This document shows positions 13,334 through 26,178 of a DNA stretch of 57,384 bases, one piece after another. Both the position numbers and the translations under genes were made by a program. Every line of letters starts with the position of its first letter. Positions within the stretch are counted from its first letter, which is position 1. The stretch covers positions 1,860,001-1,917,384 of the forward strand of contig NW_027117346.1 of assembly GCF_038025025.1 (NCBI RefSeq). The letters are read 5' to 3'. Below the pieces are notes generated by a model that did not search any database, was not told the DNA's origin, and saw only the letters and a list, made by a program, of their open reading frames with translations. Source of the DNA: Phyllosticta citribraziliensis (Eukaryota).

Positions 13334-13366
13334 GCGCAGCAGCGCAGCGCAGCGCAGCGCAGCGCA
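13334..13366. repeat. (GCGCA)n pentanucleotide microsatellite upstream of GSK3
   Basis: gcgcagcagcgcagcgcagcgcagcgcagcgcag, close to a (GA)n tract near 13160 and a G-run near 13305. Confidence 0.75.
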
Positions 13367-14953
13367 GTGGGCGGCGGACGGGCGAGCGGGCGGCCGTCAG
13401 GCCAGGTCAAGGAACTCAGGTCAGGGCTGGTCGACTGTTTCCCTACAGCCTCGATGGTTCAGTTCCTCTGCAATGGACGAGAGAGAAAGAGAGGGAGAGA
13501 GAGATTGATTTGCTGCAGGCTGCTTCGCTTTCCACCCATCGTCGTCATGAGGGCCGGGTGCGTGGCGAGCCCTGGGACTGACGAGAGTGGTGGGCGGGCA
13601 GCCAAGCACCACGCTTCATTTGCTTAGGTTGTCGACCAGCAAACAGAAACGACAATTCAACGTCGACACAGACATGTACATGTAGCTAGCAGCACACAGC
13701 CCTAGACACAAGTCTCGCACCCCATGTACCTCGTCTTGGCCGTGGTGTTGATGAGCTCCGCTAAGGTAGCTGAGCTGTGTTCCTTCGTCACACACAGCCG
13801 CAGGCCCACCTTGGCCGGCCAAAATGAAGCAAAAATCATCGTCGTTGACTACTACATGATTGTCTCCGTCCATCAGCTCCACTTCCCACTTGGCTGCCAA
13901 AGTCCGTCCCCGTCCCCGTCCCAGTCCCAGTCCCAGTCAGGTCCCGGCGCAAACCCACATCACGTGATGGCCTCACGGACGGGGCCCGCCGGGGAGGGAC
14001 GGACTGCCGGTGCGAGAACGACAACTCGGCTTCTTGGGCCATGTCAGGTACAGTCCTAGTCGGCTACATATGTACATGTTGTTGTTGAACTTCCTTAGGT
14101 CTGCTTCGCTTCTCGTCATGAGCTTGTCGTCGTCCAATCCTGCTGACTGACTGCTCTTCCTCTCCATTCTCCCTCTCTGACACCAGACCGACGCATCACC
14201 AACTCCAGAGCCTTCATCTTCCACGCCGTCCCTCCCTCAACCACATGGCCGCCTACACGTGTCGCCCGATGCAACTGGAAAGGCGTTTAGACTTTGCTCG
14301 AGGCCCACCTTGGGCGAGCCTGCAGATGCAACCAGAAGCCTTGTTTTAGTCGCACCTGCTGACGGTTATTCCTAGCATGCGGCTCTTGCGGCATCAGCTG
14401 CCACCATGCAGATTTCCCTGTGCCCGCCAAAGCCCGCGCTGCAGATGACCATGATGGCTGCATGAGGTTGCTGCTGCTGCTGCTGCTGCTGCCTTTGCTT
14501 GGGCTTGGTGCCAACAGCCGTGGCGGCACACTTGACTTTTTTTTCTCTCCCCAACTCTCTACTTGCGTGAACATTCCTCCGCTCCTCCTCATCCCCACTG
14601 TGATGCGCCACATCTTCTGGGTCCAAATCCATCATCTCGCTAATTTCATAGCCTCGCCAGCTCTCAGGGCGGTACGCTAAGAAGGTATGCTAAGGTATGC
14701 TATGGTACCTACGTCCGTGTGTGTGGTGAACCAACAGGAGTCGTCATTTCTTTTTGACATCCGCTGGTGTGCCTGCCTGGGTAGGTACCTGCCCTTTTTC
14801 GTCATGCAATTCCCGACTCTCTCGTGATGGGTCCACACGGCTTCCCGCCCGAAACAAACTCTCGTGCTGCTCCGAGGCTCGAGCAAAGAAACACACCATG
14901 CGCATCCATACATTGTACATACACGCCTTGGTGTCGCTGCATCTTCGCGCAGT

Positions 14954-17817
14954 TCAACCCTCGTCCGAATCCGTCGCCGACCCACCCGAATCTCCATGCT
15001 GATTGGGATCTGCGACGACCGCGCCGCTGATATCCCGCCCGTCGCCAGTCCCGCTCCTGCCTGCTCCAACTCGGCGCATCGTGTCCGCCTCGCCTCTCGC
15101 CTCTGCTTCGCTGCCGCTCCAGTCCATTTGCCCGTCCCTGGATCCTTGAGGCGTCGAAGGGCTGCTCTGCGTCTTCCGCACTGGCCCTGGTGGGCTGTCC
15201 TCGAATCCCCCATTCGACGACCCTTGGCCTGCTCCGTCGTCGTCTTCTGATGTCGGCGTCGGCGGCGAAAACTCCAGAAGCGGACTTCGCCGCTCGTCCA
15301 CGGACGCGTCCGACATGTTTCCAAACTGCTTGCTCCTCTCCTCGCGCGCCGGCCCGTGGCGCCGGTACCGTTGGGGCGACGGGCTGCTGGCAGGGCTGTC
15401 AAACTGCAGCTTGTGCATCATCTGTTGCACCAGCGGCAGTTCCAGATAGTTGCTTCCAGAGCGCACAAACAGCACCAGTCCCAAGCACAGCAGAATCAGT
15501 GTAGACTGCACCACGGCCATGCGCTTCTGGAAGAGAAGCTCGTCCGCCAGTAGCGTCAGCCGCGTGCTTATGGCCAGCATCTCTCTCTGATGTTGCTCGC
15601 GACGGTTCTCTAGTTCGATCACCGTCGACTGCCACAGCTGGTCGTACTGTTGTCGCTGGACACCACGTTAGCTGTTTCTCGCCATACGGCTCGATTGACA
15701 TGGATCAAACTCACAAACTCCCTCAGCTCAGCCATGACTGTGCTGTTGAGATGCTCCAGAAATTTCTCCGTCTTGCCAAGCTGCCGCCTTTCAACCTTTG
15801 CAAAGGCGTCTCTGAGAATCCGGGATTGGTCCTCTATGTACTGTAACGATAGGGTAGAGTTCGATTCGAGCATCTGCAATCTCTTGTGAATGGATTTGAA
15901 GAAGCTCTCTTGCGTCGTTGGCGCCGCATTCTGGGGTTGGGTTGCTGTATGCCTGGCCGTTTCCCCGGAGGTTTGCCCCGTCTTTGACGGTGCAGATGCG
16001 ACGTCCGTTCCATTGGTTGCGCCTTCTGGCGATGGAGCCGCACCTTCAGAGGCATGGTTTGCATCAGTTGCGCCTACAATGGGACCAGTGGAGGTTGACG
16101 TGGGGCCAATGGGTGAGGACGCAGAACCAGACTCGGTATGGTTCGAAGCGGTACTGGACGCACCCGCGCCATCAAGACTACTGGTGTTGGCCACTGGTAA
16201 ATAGTGGGTTTCAGAGGCGATGGAGGTATTGGCAGTCGCAGTTTGTGTCGTTTGTCTCTCCTGTCCGTCTTTCGTGACAGCCACGCCCTCGCCCTCGCTC
16301 TGCGTCACGCCGTGACTTGTAGTTTGGCCGCTGGCCTGGGTTGAGCTACTCGCCTTCTCCCCTGCTTGAGTACCTTCTTCTGCAGAGGTCGTGTTGCTAG
16401 GCTGCGCCGCGTGAGGTGATGGATTAGCTTCATCAGCTACGGGTGTCTGAGTTGGACCTGAGGCTTGAAAGCTAGATGAAATGGCCTTGATGGCTTCACC
16501 CTCGCTTTCCATGATTTCTTCGCTATCATCGTCGCCTCTAGCAGCTTCCTCTTGATGACGAAACTCCTCCATCATGGTAGTCCCGTGAACTCTCAGCAAG
16601 GACACAGGACAGTAGAACTCGTTGCCGTAGTAGGACAAGAACTCAATCCGTAGATATCGTGCCCAGATGAGGGGATTCTCGACGAGGAAGGCTTGAATGT
16701 CACGGCTGTTTCGCGCCTCGAAAATGCCGAGTTCCTTCCAACGGTCCAGTTTCACTGGATACCGGTCCGAGACACTCACTCGAAACGTGCGGAACATGGA
16801 GCTGAAGAACTCGAAATTGGCCAGGACAATCGTGTCAACCAGTATGTCATCGCAGAGCTCGACAATCACGAACTTGTTGTCCGCAGCACATTCGTTCAGC
16901 ATATAACTGTCCTTGTTTTCGACCAGCAGGGACGAAGAACTCTTGCATTGCGAGTTTGTCTTGAGCACCGTCGCCGCACAGTCGAAGGAGGCGTAGTTGA
17001 ATCGTTCCTTGCATGTTTTGCCGGCATCTTTGCTTCGGGGACGACCGTTGGCGGGCACCTCCTTCGCCGTGCCATCGGCTCGCACTGCTTTGGCCTCGAG
17101 CCCTGAAGACACGTCTGTTTCCTGGCCGGCTTTGTTGGCACCGAAGCCGCCAAAGTCGAGCTCGATTTCGGCATCCTCGCCCAGAAAGTCGAGCTCACTG
17201 TTCAAGTTGACAGGCCGATGCTTCCTATTCTGGCTTCCAGCGGCCCCGCGACCCTGTCCAACATTGTCTGGTGACTGGCCGGCTTTGGCCAAGTTTTGTT
17301 TCTTCCACTCCTCGAAAGACAGAAAATTCGCCGTGTCTAGCGGCGAATCTGCTTCTGCCTCGGGCTCGAATGTCGGAGATGCGGCATGGGATGCAGTGGA
17401 CGGCGTGTCTTCAACTGCGGCGGCGCTAGCAGTACTCGAGGCAGAATCATTTCGAGCTGTATTCTCGACTTTCCGTGTCGCGTTGATAGAAGAGTGAGAC
17501 TCGCTGTTTCCCTCGAAGCCGGTGGGACTCGACGATGACGTTGCGGCGGACTCGGTGGCGGCGGGTGCAGTCGAGTTGGACCCCGGAGGCGTGGTAGACC
17601 TCGCTCTCAAGCATTGTTGAGGTAGGGTGTGAGTAATGTAGTTGATGGTTCTACTCCGGCATGTTGAGACGGTCGGCAAAGGAGTCAAGGCCGAATTTGC
17701 AACGTCAGGGACGGCGACGTTGGAGTCGGTCAAGACAGGATCGGCCAAACCGGCGCGTGGGAGCGAGAGGACAAGGAGGAAGGCCGCCGCGAGGACATGT
17801 CGGCCAATCTTGAGCAT
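14954..17817 (-). CDS. SLP1: Mid-SUN (Sad1/UNC-like) domain ER membrane protein, Slp1 type
   Basis: Signal peptide, FLSFEEWKK motif and SUN domain (RFNYASFDCAA...ENKDSYMLN...IVELCDDILVDTIVLANFEFFSS...YCPVSLLRVHG). Followed by QESFFKSIHKRLQMLESNSTLSLQYIE, a coiled coil and a C-terminal TM helix. One intron at 15714-15656. Confidence 0.94.
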
Positions 17818-18641
17818 CGCTCGTACATATCAGTCGGCGAATGGGGCTGGCCGGCTAGTCGCATGCGAAGGGTCAGAGCATGCAGCAATCGCGAACGAAG
17901 GCCGGTAAACAATTGTCATGAGCAGCACACGTGTGGGTTAGGTCAGACCCGGGCTGGGACAGGGCAATCAGCAAGCTGGCCACGACTCCACATGCGACGT
18001 ACATGGACTAGGCCCCTCCGCCACCGCGCAGCCCTCCTTATATCAAGACGCGGCCAACGACGGCCCGACGACCTCTCCTTCGTTCCACGAGTTGCACTGG
18101 CTGCAGATGATGGGCGGGCGTGTTGTCATGATTTTTGTTTTCTGTTTTGCTCACGGTTTCCAGTGATATTGTCAAGTCACCACCGCCGGCAGTTCCGCCG
18201 ACTCTATAGTGCAGCCCGTCCTTCCCGTTCGCACGAAAAGGTCCTAGTCAGGACCATGTCTTTCAAATGGCCGCCCAAAAAAAGAAGGGAAACACAGGAA
18301 AACAAAGAGTCTTCGGCCCGCTCTCTACATTTCCATTCGCCCGGCTCCCAAGAAGAAAGATTCATGAGCGCATTTGTATCCCAGGGCTCCCGCAAAAACG
18401 CCATGCGACCAGCGAAGACAGACCTTGTGTCATGCCATGGAAAAGGGGGTATGCGCGCTGGAACGAAGCAATGCATGCGCATAAAAGGTGCAATGAGTGC
18501 AAAGAAAGGAAAGAACAGGCGGACACTGTCGCCATTTAGGCTGCTAGGAAAAATCACCGTCAGATTGTGTTGGGCGTTAAGTCGTCAGACATGTGCAAAA
18601 AAGCCGTGTAGTATCCCAAAGGCCTTTGATTGGCGTCATTG

Positions 18642-20252
18642 TTAAAAGCCCTCGTCTCCGGCCCTGCAGAGATGTATCTGATCGACCCACTCTGATCGGT
18701 TGACCTCTTCTGCCGTGAGCCGGCGGTTTGGATTCGGGTCTAGGATGGAGTAGATGACGTTGCGGCACTGGCGCTGTCGCCGACAGTCAGTACAAACGCG
18801 AGGCTTGGATCGAAAATCGCCACATACCCTTCGAAGAACCTCGATTGGTCGGTATCCGCTCTCCTCTTTTCGGTCCTCGAGGTATTTTGTGTAAAACTCA
18901 TCTTCTCCCTTTTTGGCAACCCGCCACAGGTGTCGGCCTGTCCTCATGGCCATGTATATGACACCGCAGGCCCATACGTCGACAGCTCTCGGGTCGAATT
19001 CCTCGTCGACGTACTCTTCAGGGGCAATGTAGGGCGCTGAGCCACAAATGCCGGCGGTCATGTGAGGCTCTTCCTCCCATGCCATCCTGAAGCATTCGCC
19101 ATTGCCAAAGTCGGTGATTTTGATGGCGCCGTGCTGCGTTAGGAGTAGATTTTCAGGCTTGAGGTCGCGATGTGCCACGCCCATGGTGTGCAAATAGTCG
19201 ACGCCGCGCATGAGCTGCTTGAAGAAGCAGTCGGCCTCGACCACCTCGAGCTGGCCGGCTGCAAGGATCAGAGTGTAGAGATCACCGCCGGCGCAGTACT
19301 CCATGACTTCGCAGAACTCGCCCTTCTCGTCGCGGATGAGATCCAGCGTGTTAATAATGTTTGGATGGTGCATGGACGAGGAAATGCAGAATTCGGATGT
19401 CAGGCGTTTGTTGTACTTTTTGTCCGACTCGCCGGGTCGCTGTTTGAACTCCTTGACTGCGAAAAGCTTTTCTCGCTTGGGATCCTTCTCGTCCGGCTTG
19501 TGTGCGATCTTGACGATGCCAAACGCACCCCGTCCGATGATTTCCTGGCATTTTCCATATTTCTGTACTAGAGTCAAGGAGGAACTTGCGCCTCCTTTGT
19601 GGTCGGCACTGAATTTCTCCTTGTCGTTTCGGATCTGGTCCACCCAGCCAGACATTAGGCTCAACGGCTGCTCATCTGGGTGGGATTCCTTCTTCTTGCC
19701 CAGCATCAAGTTTTGGAACATGTCTTTAAGCTTCTCCTCGCGCTTCTGGATCTTCAGCTGATGTTCGTGAGAGCCATCTTCGTGAAGCCTGAATCGTCGG
19801 GAGACGTTGGCGGCCTGCTGTTGCTCTTTCTTCTTGTCCGAATTGCTTTTGGAGCGCTCAGCTGCTGCAGTCCCTTGTTTTTCTGATTTGGACGCTTGTC
19901 GCTTGGGCTCTGGTTTGGGCGAAGTCGCTGGTGGCGTGTCGCTGTTGGACGGGGACTTCTCGGCGACCTTTTCCGGAATCTTGTCCACGACGACTCTCGA
20001 ACTCTCTCTCGAACTGTCTGGTTCGCGGCGACCAAAAATTCCGCTTATCCGGGAGGACATGGTGGGTTTCTTTGAAGGGAGATTGGGCCTTAGTGCGGCG
20101 GAACCGTTGGCCAGCGGAACGTCGCCGTTGGTGTTTTTTGGTGGCGGTAGCGCGAAGTTGCCGTCGGAAGAAGCGAGCGAGGACGTGGACGTGGAGGGGA
20201 CCGGAGAACCAGACGGCTTGGAGCTCACGGCGGGGGATGTCTTGTTGGCCAT
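18642..20252 (-). CDS. SAT4: Hal4/Sat4-type (NPR/HAL family) Ser/Thr protein kinase
   Basis: [50 protein letters not shown] and [12 protein letters not shown]. The likely ATG is at 20252 (MANKTSP), and there is a 54-nt intron at 18827-18774. Confidence 0.92.
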   Translation of the reverse strand: MANKTSPAVSSKPSGSPVPSTSTSSLASSDGNFALPPPKNTNGDVPLANGSAALRPNLPSKKPTMSSRISGIFGRREPDSSRESSRVVVDKIPEKVAEKSPSNSDTPPATSPKPEPKRQASKSEKQGTAAAERSKSNSDKKKEQQQAANVSRRFRLHEDGSHEHQLKIQKREEKLKDMFQNLMLGKKKESHPDEQPLSLMSGWVDQIRNDKEKFSADHKGGASSSLTLVQKYGKCQEIIGRGAFGIVKIAHKPDEKDPKREKLFAVKEFKQRPGESDKKYNKRLTSEFCISSSMHHPNIINTLDLIRDEKGEFCEVMEYCAGGDLYTLILAAGQLEVVEADCFFKQLMRGVDYLHTMGVAHRDLKPENLLLTQHGAIKITDFGNGECFRMAWEEEPHMTAGICGSAPYIAPEEYVDEEFDPRAVDVWACGVIYMAMRTGRHLWRVAKKGEDEFYTKYLEDRKEESGYRPIEVLRRVCGDFRSKPRVCTDCRRQRQCRNVIYSILDPNPNRRLTAEEVNRSEWVDQIHLCRAGDEGF

Positions 20253-21968
20253 GACGAGCGGACACGGCGAGGGAGCAGAGCAGGAATGGGGTGCAAAGAG
20301 TCGGACGCGGGAGTGAGGAAGGCGACGAAGGCGGGTGAAAGGAGGCGATGGTGAGAGACTCGACGTCTCGGGCTGGGGCAAAGCCCAGGAGTCGTAGGCG
20401 TTATGCTCGCAAAACGGCGCAGGGTGCGGTGAAGGCGGGTGTCAGCCAGGAGTGGTGGAGGGGGAGGGCGGGCGCGTCGCGGGAAGAGAAGAGAAGAGGG
20501 TGTTGAGGTGGGCTGCCCGACGGGAGTGCGATCGAGAGGCAGAGGTTGCTTGGCGGCCGAGGCGCGGAGGCCGCCCGGAGCAAGGCAGTGGAGGGTTGGT
20601 TGAAAGGAAGCAAAGAGTCGAGGCGACCTGAGTTGTTGGCGGGCTGACAAAAGGAAACCGAAGCTGCGGGCGGTGACGCAGCCAAGGTGAGGTCAGAGGC
20701 GAGCGACGCTGACGACTGTGCGCGGGCTGGAGACACGGAAAAACATGGAGAGTTGGGAGGAAGAGGGTGTGAAGGGGGGAGAGAGAGAGGGCGAGAGGGC
20801 GAGAGGGCGAGAAAAACGGCAAAAGAGAAGCGGGAAGAGGGGCGTGAGGATATTACGGGAGCGATGGGATGCTCTGGTGCGGTATTTTTGGTTGGTGCCA
20901 TGGCAGAGCCACTCGCTACCTCAGTCTGCTACTCACAGGCAGGCAGCCCAGTCCAACAGCTTTGCGCGCTCCCACTCGGTATCCATGCTCTCAACCTCTG
21001 CTTTGATCATGGTGGTTGTTTCAACATGGTGGCTGACTTGTCCAACCCTCGTCTCGCAACACCTAGGTACAGTCCGATCCGGTGGTGGTGTGGTGTGTAT
21101 TCCGACCTCAACTCCAAACTTCTCCCACACCGTCACTCTTCAGCTCAACTTCATGCCCCAAAGTACATGTATGTACCTACACGCTCCGTCGCTATGGCTT
21201 TCCAGTTAGCCCTGCCGCCCTCAGTCAGTCGTCGGCTGCGCTTTTCTCGGACACCGGCGGCAGCACTGCGCATAGCTCCGGCTTCTCAACCACTCCAGCA
21301 CCCGATTGCAGCAGCCATCAGATCGCCCCAGCTCAGCTCTACGTCATTCACTCACCTTCATTACATGCCTCATGTTACCGTGTGCAACACCACACCACAG
21401 CATCGCATCCGGATTTGCCTCATTCACGCCTCCAACATCTTCAGCGTGAGCGCAGATTCGCACTTTGATGCCGTCCCCAGCCTGCAGCGCGCCCCCGCGT
21501 CAACGACCAATCATCAAAAGCCTCATACACTACTTCATCTTCGTCACATCAACTTGCTGTCCACATGTCGACGACTGAGTACTGCCGTCGCGCCGATGCA
21601 GGTACTCCTGCTGCTGCGCATGGCCTTGCTGCATTCAATCTCCTCAGCTTACAGTTACGTCAGCTGCCAGGTCAATCAACGGAACCAGCCAGGCAGTCCA
21701 CACACCGCCGTACCGCTGCCAAATCCGTAACTCGCGCGCCCACCGCCCGAATTTTTTTTCAAAGGGAAGACCTCGACTGTTTCCCAAGGCGCCCCGCTCA
21801 CCTGTCTGCGCTTGACTTGCCGTCTCGATGGTCCCATCTAACAGCCTCATCCTGGCCAACAACCTCGGTCGTGCGTCCTTGGCCACCCCCAACTGCAAAC
21901 CCGGAAACACGCTCTCCCGTGACTTTGCACTTCCAACCGACCTCGCAAAGAGTAAAAGCTCGCCTTGG

Positions 21969-24308
21969 TCACAACGACTTGGAGCTGCCAGCAGCCTCGT
22001 CCGTCTTCGCCTCGGCGTTGTTCTTGGCCTTTTCCACGAGTTTCGCCAGCGCCGATGCCCCCTGTTTTGACACCTCCGTCCCCAGCTGCAGAGCGTCCGA
22101 CAACGAAGGGTTCTCGCAGATGCTCCTCTTGCCCTCGACCCGGCGAGTGAGATACAGAGTTGGCCGCTTCTGGCCGCGCTCCTTGACTATTCTCTTGATC
22201 TCCTCCTCGTAGGCCTTTTCGTAAACATCCATTTCGACGGCACTTGGTGACTCGCAAACAACGTGCTGATACTCGTGTGCCAAGTCCGCCGCCGGGAAAT
22301 CTATGTCCAGAAACAGCGTGTCTTCCAACGGATCATGCGCGTGACCCTTCCCAATGTCGACGCGCGTTGCAGCTGGCTGAGCGACAGGATGCCCTGGAGC
22401 CGGTGAACCATGGGGACTTGGCGATACCGAAGGGCGTGAACTAGCTCGAGATGAAATGGTTGATCCCTCGACTCGCTGCGCCAACTGATCGGTCAATTGA
22501 TCGAGCTTCGTCCCCAAAACCTCGCGCAGTCCTTCAGGACTGAGTTTGCTCTCGGCACGTGTAATGTTGCCTGTGCCTTCGCTTTGGGCTCTTGCCATCC
22601 TATCATGAGGTGCCTTCATGGAAAGAGGTGGCTGTACCATCCGCGATGCCTGACCGAAAATGCCTTGTACCAGGTCTGGCCGCCTCCTGAACAGAAGTTG
22701 CTTGAAGCGCTTCACTGCTTTCATCTGCCAATCATGTCAACTCTGCGCCGTGGAGAGAACAAGGAAAGAAACAAAGGGGTAAAGAGCGAAGACGCCTTTT
22801 GGATGACTTACCACTATGAGCAAATGGCCCATGTTACCAGTGATGGCCGCATTCACCTCGTCCTCGGTTGGCGGCTCAATGATAGTGGCGACATTCTCTT
22901 CCTTTGGCAGCAAACGATCCATGCCTCTCCGCGTGACCCAGCGGTGTTCCTATGTACTAGGTCAGCCTCTCGGCTCAAGCGTGGCAGGTGGACGCGCTTC
23001 TTACACGGAGATCGTCCATGGATATTCGTGTTTCTGGGTTCTTGTCCAGTATTCTGTGCATCAGATCTGCAAAGTCGTCGTCGCAGTCGGATCCGAGTTC
23101 AACCTCATCGTTCCTGATTGAATCATAAAGATCAATCATCCCAGCTTTTTCGAACGGTATCCTTCCAAACCGCAGGCAGTAGAGCGTCACACCCATGGAC
23201 CAAATGTCCGCTGCTTTTCCAGACACGTCTCCGTGCTTGGGCACACATAGCTCTGGGGGCATGAAAGCCGGCGAGCCAGCCGACTTTTTGGTCTTCATTT
23301 CCGAGTCTTTTTCGAACATCTCCGACACGCCAAAGTCTACAATCTTCAGTACGTCGTCGTTTGTAATCAGGCAGTTATCAGGCTTTATGTCGCGATGAAT
23401 GATGCCTTGAGCGTGGAGGTATTCGATGCCGAGAATCATGTCCCGAAACCAGCACCTGCATTGCTCCTCGTGGTATGGATCTGCTCTCTCTTCCAGCCCG
23501 ACCCTCATTACGACACCCTTCTTGCAAAGCTCCAGGACCATGTACAACGAGTCCTCGTCCGGATCATCGAGCACTTCGATGAGAGAAACAAGGTTCGGAT
23601 GGTTGAGCTTCTTCATGACGGCTATTTCTTCCCGGATGAGGTCGAGAGAGTTGTTCGTGTCGCTGCTGGAGTGGCGATGTAAGGGCAAATTGAACCCGCG
23701 ACCTGCTACTGCTGGATTCTGTCGCCGGCGCATACCGGGGTTGCGAAGCAAATTCGACTGTGCGCGCTTCCTCAATCGCGACTTGGAGAATTCCTTGACC
23801 GCCTGAGAACCTCGAGAGTTTTGAGTCAGCACGACTGTTCGAGAGAATGCCACGGGCAAGGGCGTGTTTACGAATTCTGTCCCGAATTGATCCACAGCCA
23901 AGTGGACAGCGCCAAAAGATCCCCGGCCTATTTCCTGCTTCACAATGTACTGATTTATCCGGTGCTGGGCGGTGCCATCGTCTTCGCTGTTGCTGTATTC
24001 CGATCGAGCGTTCAATGTTTCCTGTTCGCCTCTGCAGTCAGCCCGTGTCTTTTGGAAGTAGGCGCTTGGAAAAGACAGTACAGACTTTGACTTCTCGTGT
24101 ATGCGACGCAGCGCGACGGTGGTGGCGGAGCGGGCTTTGGAATGCGGGCGCGGAGCTGTAGCAGAAGACGGTGTCAGCGGAATTCACAGCGGAAGGGAGC
24201 GGGGGGATCGTCTCACGCATGTTTGACGGGAGGTGGTCTGCTTTCATCAGGCACAGTCAGAGAGTGGTGGTCCGAAGACTGTGTAGCCGGCGGAGACGGC
24301 GAAGACAT
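21969..24308 (-). CDS. Ca2+/calmodulin-dependent protein kinase kinase (CaMKK, CmkC-like)
   Basis: Spliced N-terminus MSSPSPP...SAPAFQSPLRHHRRAASHTREVKETLNARSEY. Kinase motifs INQY...GRGSFGAV, AVKEFSKSRLRKR, EEIAVMKKLNHPNLV, HRDIKPDN and GSPAFMPPE. CaM-binding-like MKAVKRFK segment. Five introns. Confidence 0.93.
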
Positions 24309-24796
24309 GGCGGGGTCGATGCAGGCGACGGGGAGGCGAGGAGAATGGAAGAATGTGGTGTTTTAGGTCGCGAAGGAGATGCGATTTGTATCGGTAGTCC
24401 TAGGATGACAGGTAAGAGGCAAGGCGCACGCGGTCGTCGTCTATGTACAGAGGGTGACGAGATGTAGGAGTCGAGTGCGGGTGCAGGTGCAGGTGCGGGT
24501 GCGGGTGCGCGGGTGGTTACATGTACCGCTTCAAGAATCAAGGGTCCATGTCCAGTCCTCAGCCTGGGTCCGGCAGCTAAACCTAACGGGCCCAACGGAG
24601 CGGACGGGAGCCGCCAGCGGAGTAGGAGGAGGGCACGGGCACCGCCAGGTCGCCCGCACGGCATCATCAGGTCGGTGCTACTCCCACCATCTCACCCACC
24701 GGCATCCACTCCTTCGACCATGCGCGCCAGTCGCATCTCTTTTGCAACACCCAGGCTCGACTCTCGCCATTGCCGCTGATCTACGCCTTCTTCGCC

Positions 24797-25461
24797 ATGG
24801 TTGTCTATTCGTTCTACATCTTCGACCGCCATAGTATGCGACCCTCCAACCGCACCAGCATCCGCTAACGACGCCCGCCAGGCGAGTGCATCTACAGCAA
24901 ACGATGGATGCAGCGCCCTGTTTCCGCTCCTGCCAAACCTATCCGTCCTCAGTCGGGTGGCAGTCTTGTCAGCGATGGCAATCGGGACTCGAGCGGTCGC
25001 AAACCACTGTCAAAGGAGGACGATGCGAAGCTCATGTTCGGGACAATCTTCTCCCTCCGGAACATGGTCAAGCAGCTGGGCGGCGAAGATGATACGTATG
25101 CCATGCCCGGCTCGCTCTCTGTCTCCTCAACGCTGATGGACTTTCGTCTCTCCAAGCTTCTTGTCCTACCGCACCGCTGAATACAAGCTCCACTACTACG
25201 AGACTCCCACCCGGCTCAAGTTCGTCATGCTCACCGATACTAAAACGAACAATCTTCGCATAGTCCTGCACCAAATATGGGCGAATCTCTACGTTGAGTT
25301 TGTGGTCAAAAACCCAATCGCACCGGTCGAACATCCCGGGGGTGTCGGCGTAGCAAACGAGCTGTTCGAGCTGGGTCTCGACAGCTTCATAGTGAGTAAC
25401 ATCATGAACTCTAGGATCGTCTCTAACAGGCGCGCTAAAGAATTCGGTTTTCCCTTCTTGA
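24797..25461 (+). CDS. BET5: TRAPP complex subunit Bet5 (TRAPPC1, sybindin-like)
   Basis: Spliced MVVYSFYIFDRH-ECIYSKRW...KLMFGTIFSLRNMVKQL...FLSYRTAEYKLHYYETPTRLKFVMLTD...LYVEFVVKNP...DSFINSVFPS*. Three introns. Confidence 0.94.
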
Positions 25462-26178
25462 GAACTCGATCAACTTTTGAGATCAAGAGAACCTAGGCAT
25501 TCACACACAACAGCTTCTTCCATGGAGACAGATATCCGATCCCCAATGGCGCATCGACTTCCTACGGCCAGACCGCTTCTCTCCCATTTGCCCGCCTGAT
25601 CCGGTCGAATCGCCTCCGACTCTTACGTGTCTTTAGGGCTTTAGCACTGGAATTGCGAGCGCTGGGACGTTGAAGAGCATTGATCACCGAACTGCTGTTT
25701 TTGGACATGCGACCATTGCATTCTAGCGGCGTACGAGGCGGGAAAAGAATCGTTTCGTCTGGGATATCGAAACCTGATGCTGCATAAAACAAAGGAAATT
25801 TGGTGATGGAAACCACGAACCGTGGTCCATCTTCCAGGACAAGATTCTCCTGTCATGAAACTGTCCATGAATGCCCCCTCAAGCAAAATGCAGCCCCATT
25901 TTCAACACCTAAGCTCAGAATCAAGTTGTGCAACCCTTTCCTTAGTATGCTCCTGTTCAGTGCCACTTGGGTGCTTTGTGAATAAGCGCTATTCTCGTCC
26001 TTCAGTGGCCCGCAGCTCTTTTTGGAGCTGCAAGATCTCGTAATCTCTGACAAGGTCTCTCCGGAACAGTCCTCGCTGTAGCTGGAGACTACCCGTGTGA
26101 TGTCGCCATGTTTGACGACGAATTTAGTGGCTCTATCATGATAAGCAGGCTGTCGGGCCTTGCATAGAACTGCTTTCA

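Noticed and set aside
20253..20381. Longer N-terminus of the SAT4 kinase shown in the ORF track
   Set aside because: It relies on a TTG start; the first in-frame ATG (20252) has good context.
20687..21730. 347-codon + strand ORF
   Set aside because: It starts at a GTG in the purine-rich SAT4 upstream region and has no recognisable family features; probably a chance GC-rich frame, though an orphan gene cannot be excluded without RNA data.
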